41,763 nt of DNA from an uncultured Ruminococcus sp. (GCA_946544695.1 CAMNMO010000001.1:1-41763), one strand, 5' to 3'; counted from the first letter of the stretch, positions 28,558 through 37,465 are shown. Made by a program: numbers and translations. Notes: generated by a model not told the origin, from the sequence alone.

Positions 28558-28985
28558 TCGCCGCTTACCTCCAGCGCTTTCAGCAGATTATCGTAAAGCT
28601 CGGGAAATTTCTTCTGCATGCGTATGGGACGAAGGTCTGTCCCCGTGAAACAGTGTGTCGTCCTTGCAGTCAGCGAAAGCTGCCCCGTAGTCAGGTTCGT
28701 CACCTCGTATTCCAGTTCAAAGCGGCAGCCGTTGAAATCCACCAGCCTGCACCTTACTTCAAATTCGTCCCCGAACCTCACAGGGTATTTGTATTCGCAC
28801 GAAACACTCAGCACAGGCGAAACTATGCCCTGTCTCTCGGTGAATTCAAAAGGGCAGCCCAGCTGTTCCATCATGTCAACACGGGCTTCCTCCAGCCAGC
28901 GCACATAATTCGAGTGGTGAACTATATCCATGCGGTCGGTCTCATAATAATATGCCTTGCGGCGGTAAGGTACGTATTCTTTCAT
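28554..28985 (-). CDS. YbgC/4-HBT family acyl-CoA thioesterase
   Basis: ETDRMDIVHHSNYVRWLEEAR hotdog motif. Confidence 0.93.
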   Translation of the reverse strand: MKEYVPYRRKAYYYETDRMDIVHHSNYVRWLEEARVDMMEQLGCPFEFTERQGIVSPVLSVSCEYKYPVRFGDEFEVRCRLVDFNGCRFELEYEVTNLTTGQLSLTARTTHCFTGTDLRPIRMQKKFPELYDNLLKALEVSGE

Positions 28986-29021
28986 TTTTTAGTCCTTCTT
29001 TCGTAAAATAGATCAATTTAT

Positions 29022-29050
29022 ATTGTATCATATTTCCATTCAATTTGCAA
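29022..29050 (-). promoter_or_regulatory. sigma-A promoter for thioesterase-GH25-birA
   Basis: TTGCAA-17 nt-TACAAT with extended TG. Confidence 0.6.
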
Positions 29051-29101
29051 GCACAGCCCACGCCGCCCCGAAGTATGTTTTTGTATATTCTCCCCCGACG
29101 A

Positions 29102-29131
29102 TTGACAACCCCCCGCAGGCTGTGTTATAAT
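29102..29131 (+). promoter_or_regulatory. sigma-A promoter for hisA
   Basis: TTGACA-18 nt-TATAAT with extended TG. Confidence 0.75.
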
Positions 29132-29179
29132 TTATATTGTTTACCATACCTGAAAATTTTTCCCACAGGAGGGCATACC

Positions 29180-29962
29180 ATGAGATTCAGACCATGTATA
29201 GATATACACAACGGTTCCGTCAAGCAGATAGTGGGCGGCAGTCTTGCGGACGAAGGCAATAAAGCACAGGATAACTTCGTCTCCTCGCAGGACGGCAGCT
29301 ATTACGGCGAACTCTATAAAAGCCGTGGGCTTACAGGCGGTCATATAATAATCCTGAATCCCGCAGGCAGCGAATTCTATCAGGCGGACGTCACTCAGGC
29401 ACATAAAGCCCTTGCCGCATTCGAGGGCGGTTTGCAGATAGGCGGCGGCATAAACAACGAAAACGCCGCAGGCTTTCTCGATAAGGGCGCCTCACATGTC
29501 ATCGTCACCAGTTTCGTTTTCCGCAACGGCGAGATAGATACCCATAACCTCGAACTTATGAAACGTGCAGTCGGCAGACAGCGCCTTGTGCTTGACCTTT
29601 CATGCCGCAGGCGTGATGACGGCTACTACATCGTCACCGACCGCTGGCAGAAGTTCACCGATACCAGACTTTGCTATGATACCATCGAACGCCTGCGTGA
29701 CAGCTGCGACGAATTCCTTATCCACGCAGTTGACGTCGAAGGCAAGGCGCACGGCATCGAGGAAGAAGTCGCAAAGCTGCTTGGCAGCATCGAAGGCATT
29801 CCCGCCACTTACGCAGGCGGCATCGCTTCATTCGATGACCTCGAAAAGCTTGAGACTCTCGGTCGGGGCAGGGTGGATTTCACCATAGGCAGCGCCCTCG
29901 ATATCTTCGGCGGAAAGCTGGATTTCGATGAGGTCTGCGCTTTCGGCAAAGCATCGGGATAA
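29180..29962 (+). CDS. hisA: ProFAR isomerase HisA, His6/eukaryotic-like subtype
   Basis: MRFRPCIDIHNGSVKQIVGG, LQIGGGI, SHVIVTS, TDRWQ, HAVDVEG, TIGSALDIFGG; AGGAGG SD before ATG 29180. Confidence 0.93.
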   Translation: MRFRPCIDIHNGSVKQIVGGSLADEGNKAQDNFVSSQDGSYYGELYKSRGLTGGHIIILNPAGSEFYQADVTQAHKALAAFEGGLQIGGGINNENAAGFLDKGASHVIVTSFVFRNGEIDTHNLELMKRAVGRQRLVLDLSCRRRDDGYYIVTDRWQKFTDTRLCYDTIERLRDSCDEFLIHAVDVEGKAHGIEEEVAKLLGSIEGIPATYAGGIASFDDLEKLETLGRGRVDFTIGSALDIFGGKLDFDEVCAFGKASG

Positions 29963-29976
29963 ATATACGCATCATC

Positions 29977-30014
29977 AAAAAGGCACACCTGCGTTTTCAG
30001 CAGATGTGCCTTTG
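29977..30014. terminator. bidirectional terminator between convergent hisA and icd
   Basis: AAAGGCACACCTGC...GCAGATGTGCCTTT hairpin. Confidence 0.85.
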
Positions 30015-30025
30015 TTATACCGCTA

Positions 30026-31240
30026 TTATGCGCCGAGAAGCTTTTTCAGTCTCTCGTCAACTGCCTTGAGGAAGTCCTCAGTGTTGACCTTCTGCTTGTT
30101 CTCCAGCTTGGAAAGCAGGTACAGGTCGCCTGTCATGATACCGTCCTCAATGGTCTGTATGGTAGCCTTTTCCAGACAATCAGCAAAGTTCACCAGTTCG
30201 GGCAGTTCGTCCAGTTCACCTCTCTTGCGGAATGCGCCTGTCCATGCGAACAGTGTTGCAACAGAGTTGGTGGAAGTCTCCTCACCCTTCAGGTGCTTGT
30301 AGTAGTGTCTCTGAACAGTGCCGTGTGCAGCCTCATACTCGTAAACACCGTCAGGCGATACCAGTACAGAGGTCATCATAGCCAGCGAACCGTAAGCAGT
30401 AGCCACCATGTCACTCATAACGTCGCCGTCGTAGTTCTTGCAAGCCCAGATGTAGCCGCCGTTTGAACGTACAACTCTTGCAACAGCATCGTCTATCAGT
30501 GTGTAGAAATACTCAATGCCTGCTGCATCGAACTTAGCCTTGTACTCACCCTCGAATATCTCGCTGAATATGTCCTTGAAAGTGTGGTCATACTTCTTGG
30601 AGATGGTATCCTTTGTTGCGAACCATACGTCCTGCTTAGTGTCCAGCGCAAAGTTGAATACGCTTCTTGCAAATGAAGCTATTGAAGTGGACTTGTTGTG
30701 CATGCCCTGAATAACGCCGTCGCATTCAAAGTTGTAGATGGTCTCACGGGTCTCGTTGCCGTCCTTGTCAGTGCATACCAGTTCAGCCTTTGAACCCTCG
30801 GGGCACTTCATTTCAACGTTCTTGTAAACATCGCCGTAAGCGTGACGTGCGATGGTGATGGGCTTAGTCCATGTGGGTATATAGGGTGTTATGCCCTTTA
30901 CCAGTATGGGTGTCCTGAAAACAGTGCCGTCCAGCATTGCACGTATAGTGCCGTTAGGCGACTTCCACATCTCCTTCAGGTCATACTCTGTCATTCTTGC
31001 AGCGTTAGGTGTGATGGTCGCACACTTAACTGCAACGCCGTACTTCTTGGTAGCATTGGCAGAATCAACAGTTACCTGATCGTTTGTCTCATTTCTGTGA
31101 ACAAGTCCCAGATCATAATACTCTGATTTGAGATCGACATAGGGTGTTATCAGTATGTCCTTGATCTCCTGCCAGATGATACGGGTCATCTCGTCGCCGT
31201 CCATCTCAACCAATGGTGTTTTCATTTGGATTTTAGCCAT
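30026..31240 (-). CDS. icd: NADP-dependent isocitrate dehydrogenase (type II)
   Basis: [48 protein letters not shown]. Confidence 0.97.
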   Translation of the reverse strand: MAKIQMKTPLVEMDGDEMTRIIWQEIKDILITPYVDLKSEYYDLGLVHRNETNDQVTVDSANATKKYGVAVKCATITPNAARMTEYDLKEMWKSPNGTIRAMLDGTVFRTPILVKGITPYIPTWTKPITIARHAYGDVYKNVEMKCPEGSKAELVCTDKDGNETRETIYNFECDGVIQGMHNKSTSIASFARSVFNFALDTKQDVWFATKDTISKKYDHTFKDIFSEIFEGEYKAKFDAAGIEYFYTLIDDAVARVVRSNGGYIWACKNYDGDVMSDMVATAYGSLAMMTSVLVSPDGVYEYEAAHGTVQRHYYKHLKGEETSTNSVATLFAWTGAFRKRGELDELPELVNFADCLEKATIQTIEDGIMTGDLYLLSKLENKQKVNTEDFLKAVDERLKKLLGA

Positions 31241-31394
31241 TATAATAGCCCTCCTTACTTATTTTGAACGGGCAGGGGCGCTGCCCCTCCCCCTTTTTTC
31301 CTGTTATTTATTGCCTGTCCCGACCACACCGCCGGGACCACAGTCCGTGCGCCCCTTTCGGGTGAAGATCTATATGCCGTTTACTGTGCCTCAG

Positions 31395-32450
31395 TCACAT
31401 TCCTTCCAGCATCATAATTAACTTAACGATGAATACAAGTATCGCCGCCGCCAGCGCACACAAAAAAAACGGCCCCGTCCTTCTCCTGCTTTCCTTTTTT
31501 GAACGTGCAAAGAATATCCGCTGCTTGCGGTATTCTCCGCCCACAGCAAATATGCCCGCTAAGACGATCGCAAAGATAAGGTCACCGCCAATGACCAGCG
31601 ATAACAGCCATGATATCACAGTCGATATGAATATCGCTACCTCCACCGCACCGTATTTCAATGACTCGGTCAGCGTGTAGCCCTCCTTGCCGTTGTACCT
31701 TATTATAGCACCTGTCACCGAACCCAGTCCGAAGGGTATCAGCAGGTCGAGCCCCCTGACACCGAAAGCGTAAAACAGCCCCATCACAGCCAGCGACGAC
31801 ACCATGAACCAGACACCCGATAATATCAGCCCGAAGAACCTGTCACTGTCGCCCGAATGCTGTACGCCCGAACCGCCCTTGAAAACAGCCGTCAGGTACA
31901 GCGCATCATGCAGGTTGTCGTCACGGGCTTTGTTCATGGCATCACGGGCTTTCAGGCGGCGTATCATCTCCTGCGTCTCAGCCTGCCACTTGTCATAACT
32001 TTCATAGGTCGAGCCTGTGTAGCTGTCCTTTTCCTCAGCCGTCTGCCCCTCGTAAGCCACCTTCTCGCCGTAGCCCTTGTCCTTTTTCAGACCTTCCTCC
32101 AGCCATTTTTCATACTCTGTCTGTACAGTCAGGTCAACGGGCGGCTTGCGGTTTTCAAGCTCCCTCACCTTTTCTTCAAGTTCTTCCTCATCGGGAACTA
32201 TGTCATCTTCACCGAACAGCGCCGACATTTTTTCATCACGCACTATCCTGCCGCTTCCCGCTTTTTCAGCAACAGTCAGGGGATCCTCCGCAAGCTTCTG
32301 ATGCTTCATGACCATGCCCTTGGTTATCTTGGGACCCTCGCCCATCTCCTTGAGCTTTTCCTCAAAAAACTCCTCACTGAGCTCCTCGTTCTCACCGCCA
32401 AAAAGTGCGTCCATGCTGCGCCTGCGGTCTATTCTTTTGTCATCAGCCAT
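31395..32450 (-). CDS. hypothetical membrane protein with acidic N-terminal region
   Basis: GGGAGG SD before ATG 32450; two 'M.ALFG....EE..E.K..E' repeats; about five C-terminal TM segments. Confidence 0.75.
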   Translation of the reverse strand: MADDKRIDRRRSMDALFGGENEELSEEFFEEKLKEMGEGPKITKGMVMKHQKLAEDPLTVAEKAGSGRIVRDEKMSALFGEDDIVPDEEELEEKVRELENRKPPVDLTVQTEYEKWLEEGLKKDKGYGEKVAYEGQTAEEKDSYTGSTYESYDKWQAETQEMIRRLKARDAMNKARDDNLHDALYLTAVFKGGSGVQHSGDSDRFFGLILSGVWFMVSSLAVMGLFYAFGVRGLDLLIPFGLGSVTGAIIRYNGKEGYTLTESLKYGAVEVAIFISTVISWLLSLVIGGDLIFAIVLAGIFAVGGEYRKQRIFFARSKKESRRRTGPFFLCALAAAILVFIVKLIMMLEGM

Positions 32451-32641
32451 AACACGCCTCCCGTTCTGCACATATCCTGCACCAAAAGCACCACCGTAAG
32501 CAAAACAGCCATGCTTATGCACTTTATCTTTTTCCTGCGCCACGCTGCGTCCTTTTCAGAGAACCTGTTCTTCACCACCAATATGATGACAGCTATAAAC
32601 CTCGTTTCGATATTTCTTTCAGCCTTCCGATCACGCCGCCG

Positions 32642-32824
32642 TCAGCTGCGCACAAACATCAGTATCAGACCCGTCACCAGCAGTATTATGCTTGCGATTA
32701 TCTTTATCCTGTTCAAGTACCAGTTGCTGCTCCTGTTTGGGAACACTAATTTCAGCACCACAAATATCACCCCGCACAGCACCACCGCAATGATGATACC
32801 GGGCAGCCTGCTCGATGAACTCAT
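32642..32824 (-). CDS. small two-helix membrane protein
   Basis: AAGGAG SD before ATG 32824; 60 aa with two hydrophobic segments. Confidence 0.55.
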   Translation of the reverse strand: MSSSSRLPGIIIAVVLCGVIFVVLKLVFPNRSSNWYLNRIKIIASIILLVTGLILMFVRS

Positions 32825-33192
32825 ATCGTCTTTCTCCTTGTCCTTTGTCTCCCAGACACCGCAGTCTCCCGCACTGTCGGTAGATCTTTTTTGCCATGCC
32901 ACATCTCTATATACCGTGACACAGCCGTTCTCTCTTTTTTCGCATTCTCTGACAGCCGCTCACCCAAAAGCAAGCAGCCGCCACAAAATACGATATCAAA
33001 GCATCACAGCAAGGCAGGGGGAGCCCCGCCCGCCGTCAATGCAAAGTTCCATAAAACACACAGATATCCATGCATCATTAATACATAACAGCCATTCTTC
33101 CCCCGCCAACAGCAAGAAAAGACCGACCTGTTATTCCGACAGTTCAACACAGTCTCACGACCTCATGCCCCTGTCAATAATCATGCATCATG

Positions 33193-33375
33193 CATTATGA
33201 ATTATGGTTATCCCTTTGGCATACCGGCTGAAAATGCGGTAAACAAAAGGAGAATTGAGTGTTGTATATCTTTCCCCCGCCTGCGGCGGGGGAAAGATAA
33301 CCGCCACCTATATTCAATTCCCAATATAACATCGTTTATTTTGGTGTTTCAGTGGGATAACCACATTATGAATTA
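33193..33375. mobile_element. MITE-like palindromic element 1
   Basis: 10-bp terminal IR (33205-14/33354-63), 12-bp flanking direct repeat CATTATGAATTA, perfect 15-bp central hairpin. Confidence 0.6.
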
Positions 33376-35313
33376 CTTAGAAAGCTGTTCTCTTGTGTAG
33401 TCCAGCAGACCGCCTGCAAGAATGATATCCTTAGTCCTGCCTGTCAGCTCGCAAAGTACAGGTATCTCAGCACCTGTTGACTTGTTTACAACAGTCAGCT
33501 GTGTCTTGCCTGCTTCAATGTCAGCTCTGACATTTGCTATCTCTATCTCGTCACCCTGTCCGATCTTCTCGTAATCAGCCTCGTTTACGAATGTCAGCGG
33601 CAGAATGCCCGCATTGATCAGGTTAGCCCTGTGTATACGTGCAAAGCTCTTTACCAGAACTGCCTTTATGCCCAGGTACAGGGGTGCCAGTGCAGCGTGT
33701 TCTCTCGAAGAACCCTGACCGTAGTTGGAACCGCCCACAATGATGGACTTCTCCATGTTCTTTGCCCTTCTGGGGAAATCCTCGTCGCATACTGTGAAGC
33801 AGTGCTGCGAAATAGCGGGAATATTAGATCTCAGAGGCAGTATCTTTGCGCCTGCGGGCATGATGTGGTCGGTGGTGATGTTGTCGCCGACCTTCAGCGA
33901 TACCTGACAGCTGATGTTGTCCACCAGCGGTGCAGTCTCGGGATAAGGCTTTATGTTGGGACCACGCAGTACCTCAACGCTGTCCATGTCAGCCTCAGCC
34001 ACAGGGGGAACTACCATGTTGTCGTTGATCTTGAAGTGCTCGGGCACCTTGATCTCAGGCATCTCGCCCAGTGTGCGGGGATCTGTCAGCACGCCTGCAA
34101 CTGCCGATGCAGCAGCCAGCTCGGGCGATACCAGATATATCTGACCGTCCTTAGTTCCCGATCTTCCCAGGAAGTTACGGTTGAATGTTCTCAGTGAGAT
34201 ACCCTTTGAGTTGGGCGCCTGACCCATGCCTATGCAGGGACCGCATGCGCTCTCCAGTATCCTTGCACCTGCTGCGATCATGTCAGCCAGTGCACCGTTC
34301 TCAGCGATCATGTTGAGCACCTGCTTTGAACCGGGTGCGATAGCCAGCGATACGTCAGGGTGAACAGTCTTGCCCTTGAGTATGTGTGCCACCTTCATCA
34401 TGTCAACATAAGAGGAGTTAGTGCATGAACCGATGCAGACCTGATCTATCTTCATGCCGCTCAGTTCTTCAACAGTCTTGATGTTGTCAGGGCTGTGCGG
34501 ACATGCAGCCATAGGTACCAGCGCACCCAGATCAATGTCGATGACCTCATCGTAAACAGCGTCATCATCAGCCTTCAGTTCAGTCCATACCTCAGCCCTC
34601 TCCTGTGCCTTCAGGAAGGAAAGTGTGATCTCGTCAGAGGGGAATATAGATGTTGTAGCACCCAGCTCAGCACCCATGTTTGTAATGGTAGCTCTCTCGG
34701 GAACAGACAGTGTCTTTACACCCTCGCCGCAGTATTCGATGACCTTGCCTACGCCGCCCTTAACGGACATTCTTCTGAGTACCTCGAGGATAACGTCCTT
34801 AGCCGATACCCAGGGAGACAGCTTGCCTGTCAGGTTCACCTTTACGATGTTGGGGTAGGTTATGTAATAAGCGCCGCCGCCCATTGCAACAGCAACGTCC
34901 AGTCCGCCCGCACCGATAGCTATCATGCCGATACCGCCGCCTGTGGGGGTGTGGCTGTCAGAACCTATCAGGGTCTTGCCGGGGATACCGAAACGCTCCA
35001 GATGTACCTGATGGCAGATACCGTTGCCGGGTCTGGAGAAATATATACCGTGTTTTTTGCAGACAGAACCGATGAACCTGTGGTCATCAGCATTCTCAAA
35101 GCCCGACTGGAGAGTGTTGTGGTCGATGTATGCCACGCTCTTTTCAGTCTTGACTCTGGGCACGCCCATTGCCTCATATTCAAGATAAGCCATCGTGCCT
35201 GTTGCGTCCTGGGTAAGAGTCTGGTCGATGCGTATACCGATCTCCTGTCCCTTTACGAACTCGCCGTCAACAAGATGAGCTTTGAGGATCTTTTCAGTCA
35301 GTGTAAGTCCCAT
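33373..35313 (-). CDS. aconitate hydratase (short, 646-aa aconitase-family type)
   Basis: QDATG, GICHQVH, GSDSHT, IGSCTN, ACGPCIG, TTDHIMP, YGQGSSREHA; near icd. Confidence 0.92.
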   Translation of the reverse strand: MGLTLTEKILKAHLVDGEFVKGQEIGIRIDQTLTQDATGTMAYLEYEAMGVPRVKTEKSVAYIDHNTLQSGFENADDHRFIGSVCKKHGIYFSRPGNGICHQVHLERFGIPGKTLIGSDSHTPTGGGIGMIAIGAGGLDVAVAMGGGAYYITYPNIVKVNLTGKLSPWVSAKDVILEVLRRMSVKGGVGKVIEYCGEGVKTLSVPERATITNMGAELGATTSIFPSDEITLSFLKAQERAEVWTELKADDDAVYDEVIDIDLGALVPMAACPHSPDNIKTVEELSGMKIDQVCIGSCTNSSYVDMMKVAHILKGKTVHPDVSLAIAPGSKQVLNMIAENGALADMIAAGARILESACGPCIGMGQAPNSKGISLRTFNRNFLGRSGTKDGQIYLVSPELAAASAVAGVLTDPRTLGEMPEIKVPEHFKINDNMVVPPVAEADMDSVEVLRGPNIKPYPETAPLVDNISCQVSLKVGDNITTDHIMPAGAKILPLRSNIPAISQHCFTVCDEDFPRRAKNMEKSIIVGGSNYGQGSSREHAALAPLYLGIKAVLVKSFARIHRANLINAGILPLTFVNEADYEKIGQGDEIEIANVRADIEAGKTQLTVVNKSTGAEIPVLCELTGRTKDIILAGGLLDYTREQLSK

Positions 35314-35382
35314 GTGATCATTTCCTTCCTTGTTTAAATGCAGGGCGGAATGCCCCTGTTTTTACATACTCATACATTATCT

Positions 35383-35411
35383 ATTATATACTAAAACAGC
35401 TTTTCTGTCAA
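35383..35411 (-). promoter_or_regulatory. sigma-A promoter for aconitase
   Basis: TTGACA-17 nt-TATAAT. Confidence 0.85.
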
Positions 35412-35430
35412 GTTATGGTGTCAAACCCTC

Positions 35431-35571
35431 CACGGAAATCAATTTTTGCGTAATTCAAAGGTTTTAACATGCATTACGGCTGTAAAATATGGTGTTGAGT
35501 GTATTCCCCACGCCTTCGGCGGGGGGAATACACAAAAATACAGCTTTGTTTTGTCAAAATTGATTCCCGTG
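35431..35571. repeat. MITE-like palindromic element 2
   Basis: 16-bp terminal IR with one mismatch (35431-46/35556-71); 16-bp central hairpin related to element 1. Confidence 0.6.
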
Positions 35572-35712
35572 TAAACCCCTCACGCAAGACCTTTTCAGCC
35601 ACGACCCGATGCCCGCAATATCCCAAACCGCCACACCAAAAAACAAAAGCGGCGCACCCGATCGGCACGCCGCCACATCAACATTATTCAGACTCCCGCC
35701 AAGCCCGAACCG

Positions 35713-36732
35713 TCACTCCCCGTCAACAGGTCTGCCGCAGAATTCCGCCATAGCCCTCAGCTTTTCCATAGTCGCTTTGAACTGTGCAGGTGTCAGCGAC
35801 TGCGCACCGTCACTCCATGCATGTTCAGGGTCGATGTGCACCTCTATCTCCAGCGCATGGCAGCCCACTGCTATCGCACCCAGCGCACAGGGTTCTATCA
35901 GCGAAGCTATACCCGTCGCATGGCTTGGGTCTACCGTTATCGGCAGATGAGTTTTCTGCTTTAACAGCGGCACGCACGCAAGGTCAAGTATGTTTCTTGT
36001 GGCAGTCTCGAATGTGCGTATGCCTCTCTCGCACAGTATCACCTTGTCGTTGCCCTCGCTCATTATGTATTCGGCGGACATCAGCAGTTCCTGTAAAGTA
36101 CCCGAAAGTCCTCTTTTCAGCAGAATGGGCTTGTTAAGCCTTCCCAGTGCCTTCAGCAGTGTGAAGTTCTGCGAATTTCTCGCACCCACCTGAATGATGT
36201 CCACATCGTCGAACAGGTCGATATCCGAAACGTCCATTATCTCGGTGACTATCGGCAGACCTGTCTCGGCACGGGCTTTTTTGAGTATCTCAATGCCCTC
36301 TTTTCCCAGACCCTGGAAAGCGTAAGGCGAAGTTCTCGGCTTGAAAGCGCCGCCACGAAGCATCGTTGCGCCCGCCTCCTTGACAGCGATGGCAGTCTTG
36401 ATGGTCTGTTCCTCAGTCTCCACCGAACAGGGACCTGCGATGACCTGCAATCTGTCGCCTCCCAGCTTTCTGCCCCGCACATCTATCACCGTATCCAGCG
36501 GGTGGAAACGCCTGTTGGCATTCTTGTACGGCTCCTGTACACGCTTGACAGTCTCAACTATCTCCTTAGCCTGCACCGATTCGATATCAACGCTCGTGGT
36601 ATCACCGATAAGTCCGATTATTTTCGAGTGCACACCTTCCACCAGGTTTGACTTGACCTCAAATCTGGTCAGCCACTCTATCAGCTCGTCGATCTGTTTT
36701 TTGCTCGCTCCGTCTTTCAATACGATTACCAT
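35713..36732 (-). CDS. aroF: DAHP synthase, type I-beta with N-terminal regulatory domain
   Basis: IAGPCSVE, LRGGAFKPRTSPY, QVGARN, LLKRG, CERGIRTFE, VDPSH, SDGAQSL. Confidence 0.96.
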   Translation of the reverse strand: MVIVLKDGASKKQIDELIEWLTRFEVKSNLVEGVHSKIIGLIGDTTSVDIESVQAKEIVETVKRVQEPYKNANRRFHPLDTVIDVRGRKLGGDRLQVIAGPCSVETEEQTIKTAIAVKEAGATMLRGGAFKPRTSPYAFQGLGKEGIEILKKARAETGLPIVTEIMDVSDIDLFDDVDIIQVGARNSQNFTLLKALGRLNKPILLKRGLSGTLQELLMSAEYIMSEGNDKVILCERGIRTFETATRNILDLACVPLLKQKTHLPITVDPSHATGIASLIEPCALGAIAVGCHALEIEVHIDPEHAWSDGAQSLTPAQFKATMEKLRAMAEFCGRPVDGE

Positions 36733-36793
36733 TTTTCATTCCTCCTGTAAGATTTTGCTATTTACTTGCATTTTATGGCAGAATTTCTGCATC

Positions 36794-36828
36794 AAAAAAA
36801 CCGTACCTTCGTAATACGAAAGCACGGT
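36794..36828 (-). terminator. attenuator terminator upstream of aroF
   Basis: ACCGTGCTTTCG-TATTA-CGAAGGTACGG followed by seven T on the minus strand. Confidence 0.85.
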
Positions 36829-36852
36829 CTGTAAACTATCAGAAAAATTATA

Positions 36853-36981
36853 TCAGCCCAAAACACGCTGTTTTTCCGTCCGCATTACTTTCATACCACG
36901 ACCAAAACGCTCCTGCCAAAAAAATCGGCAAAAGTTAAAGAAGAAGTATGTAAAGACTGCGATTACAGAAATTGTCAGCAT
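36853..36981 (-). CDS. aromatic-amino-acid-rich leader peptide (attenuator)
   Basis: AAAGGA SD; MLTISVIAVFTYFFFNFCRFFWQERFGRGMKVMRTEKQRVLG* (8 Phe, 1 Tyr, 1 Trp). Confidence 0.8.
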   Translation of the reverse strand: MLTISVIAVFTYFFFNFCRFFWQERFGRGMKVMRTEKQRVLG

Positions 36982-36999
36982 CTTCGGTATTTCCTTTCG

Positions 37000-37368
37000 T
37001 TATTTGTCTGAGTCCAGCTTGTCGGACTGTGCCGCAAGCCTGTCGCACAGGCGGTTCAGCAGATTCTCCCTGCGCAGCATCTCAAGTATCTGCGCCCTTG
37101 TCTGACCGACCACAGCGTGAACTGCACTGAGTTCCTTTTTAACAGGCGACCTGACGCCGATGATAAAATTGTACTTGCCCTCGTGCGGCTCTTTGGAATT
37201 ATCTACCAGAAACAGCACCTCGTTCTCGCTGCCCGAGACCTTCAAAGTAGTCGCAAAGACCTCGTCAGCAGGCCCGTTTTCGGGGATATTCTCCTCGATA
37301 TCGACAGGCAGCTGATCCAGCACCTTAGCGAGAGCCCTCTTGAACTTGACTTTATTTTCGTTGATCAT
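37000..37368 (-). CDS. hypothetical protein
   Basis: 122 aa, AAGGTG SD, own consensus promoter. Confidence 0.75.
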   Translation of the reverse strand: MINENKVKFKRALAKVLDQLPVDIEENIPENGPADEVFATTLKVSGSENEVLFLVDNSKEPHEGKYNFIIGVRSPVKKELSAVHAVVGQTRAQILEMLRRENLLNRLCDRLAAQSDKLDSDK

Positions 37369-37402
37369 AAGATCAGCTCACCTTCAAAAAATTTACAAAA
37401 CA

Positions 37403-37431
37403 ATTATACGACACTAACGCCCCGATGTCAA
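37403..37431 (-). promoter_or_regulatory. sigma-A promoter for hypothetical-leader-aroF transcript
   Basis: TTGACA-17 nt-TATAAT. Confidence 0.8.
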
Positions 37432-37465
37432 GTGCACATCAGCCGTTTTTACATTTTGTTAACAT

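Noticed and set aside
29045-29179. Upstream start extensions in the ORF track (hisA; likewise plsX, mscL, the 37466 lipoprotein and the 31395 gene)
   Set aside because: They lack an SD and in several cases run through promoters; downstream ATGs have good SDs or match family N-termini
32900-33180. Possible degraded gene upstream of the small membrane ORF
   Set aside because: Multiple stops and no recognisable protein motif; cannot support a pseudogene call
31857-33200. 447-aa plus-strand ORF
   Set aside because: Mostly antisense to minus-strand membrane genes; no recognisable domain or initiation signal
36733-36999. T-box riboswitch upstream of aroF
   Set aside because: No GGTGGNACCGCG T-box motif found; the leader-peptide model explains the region
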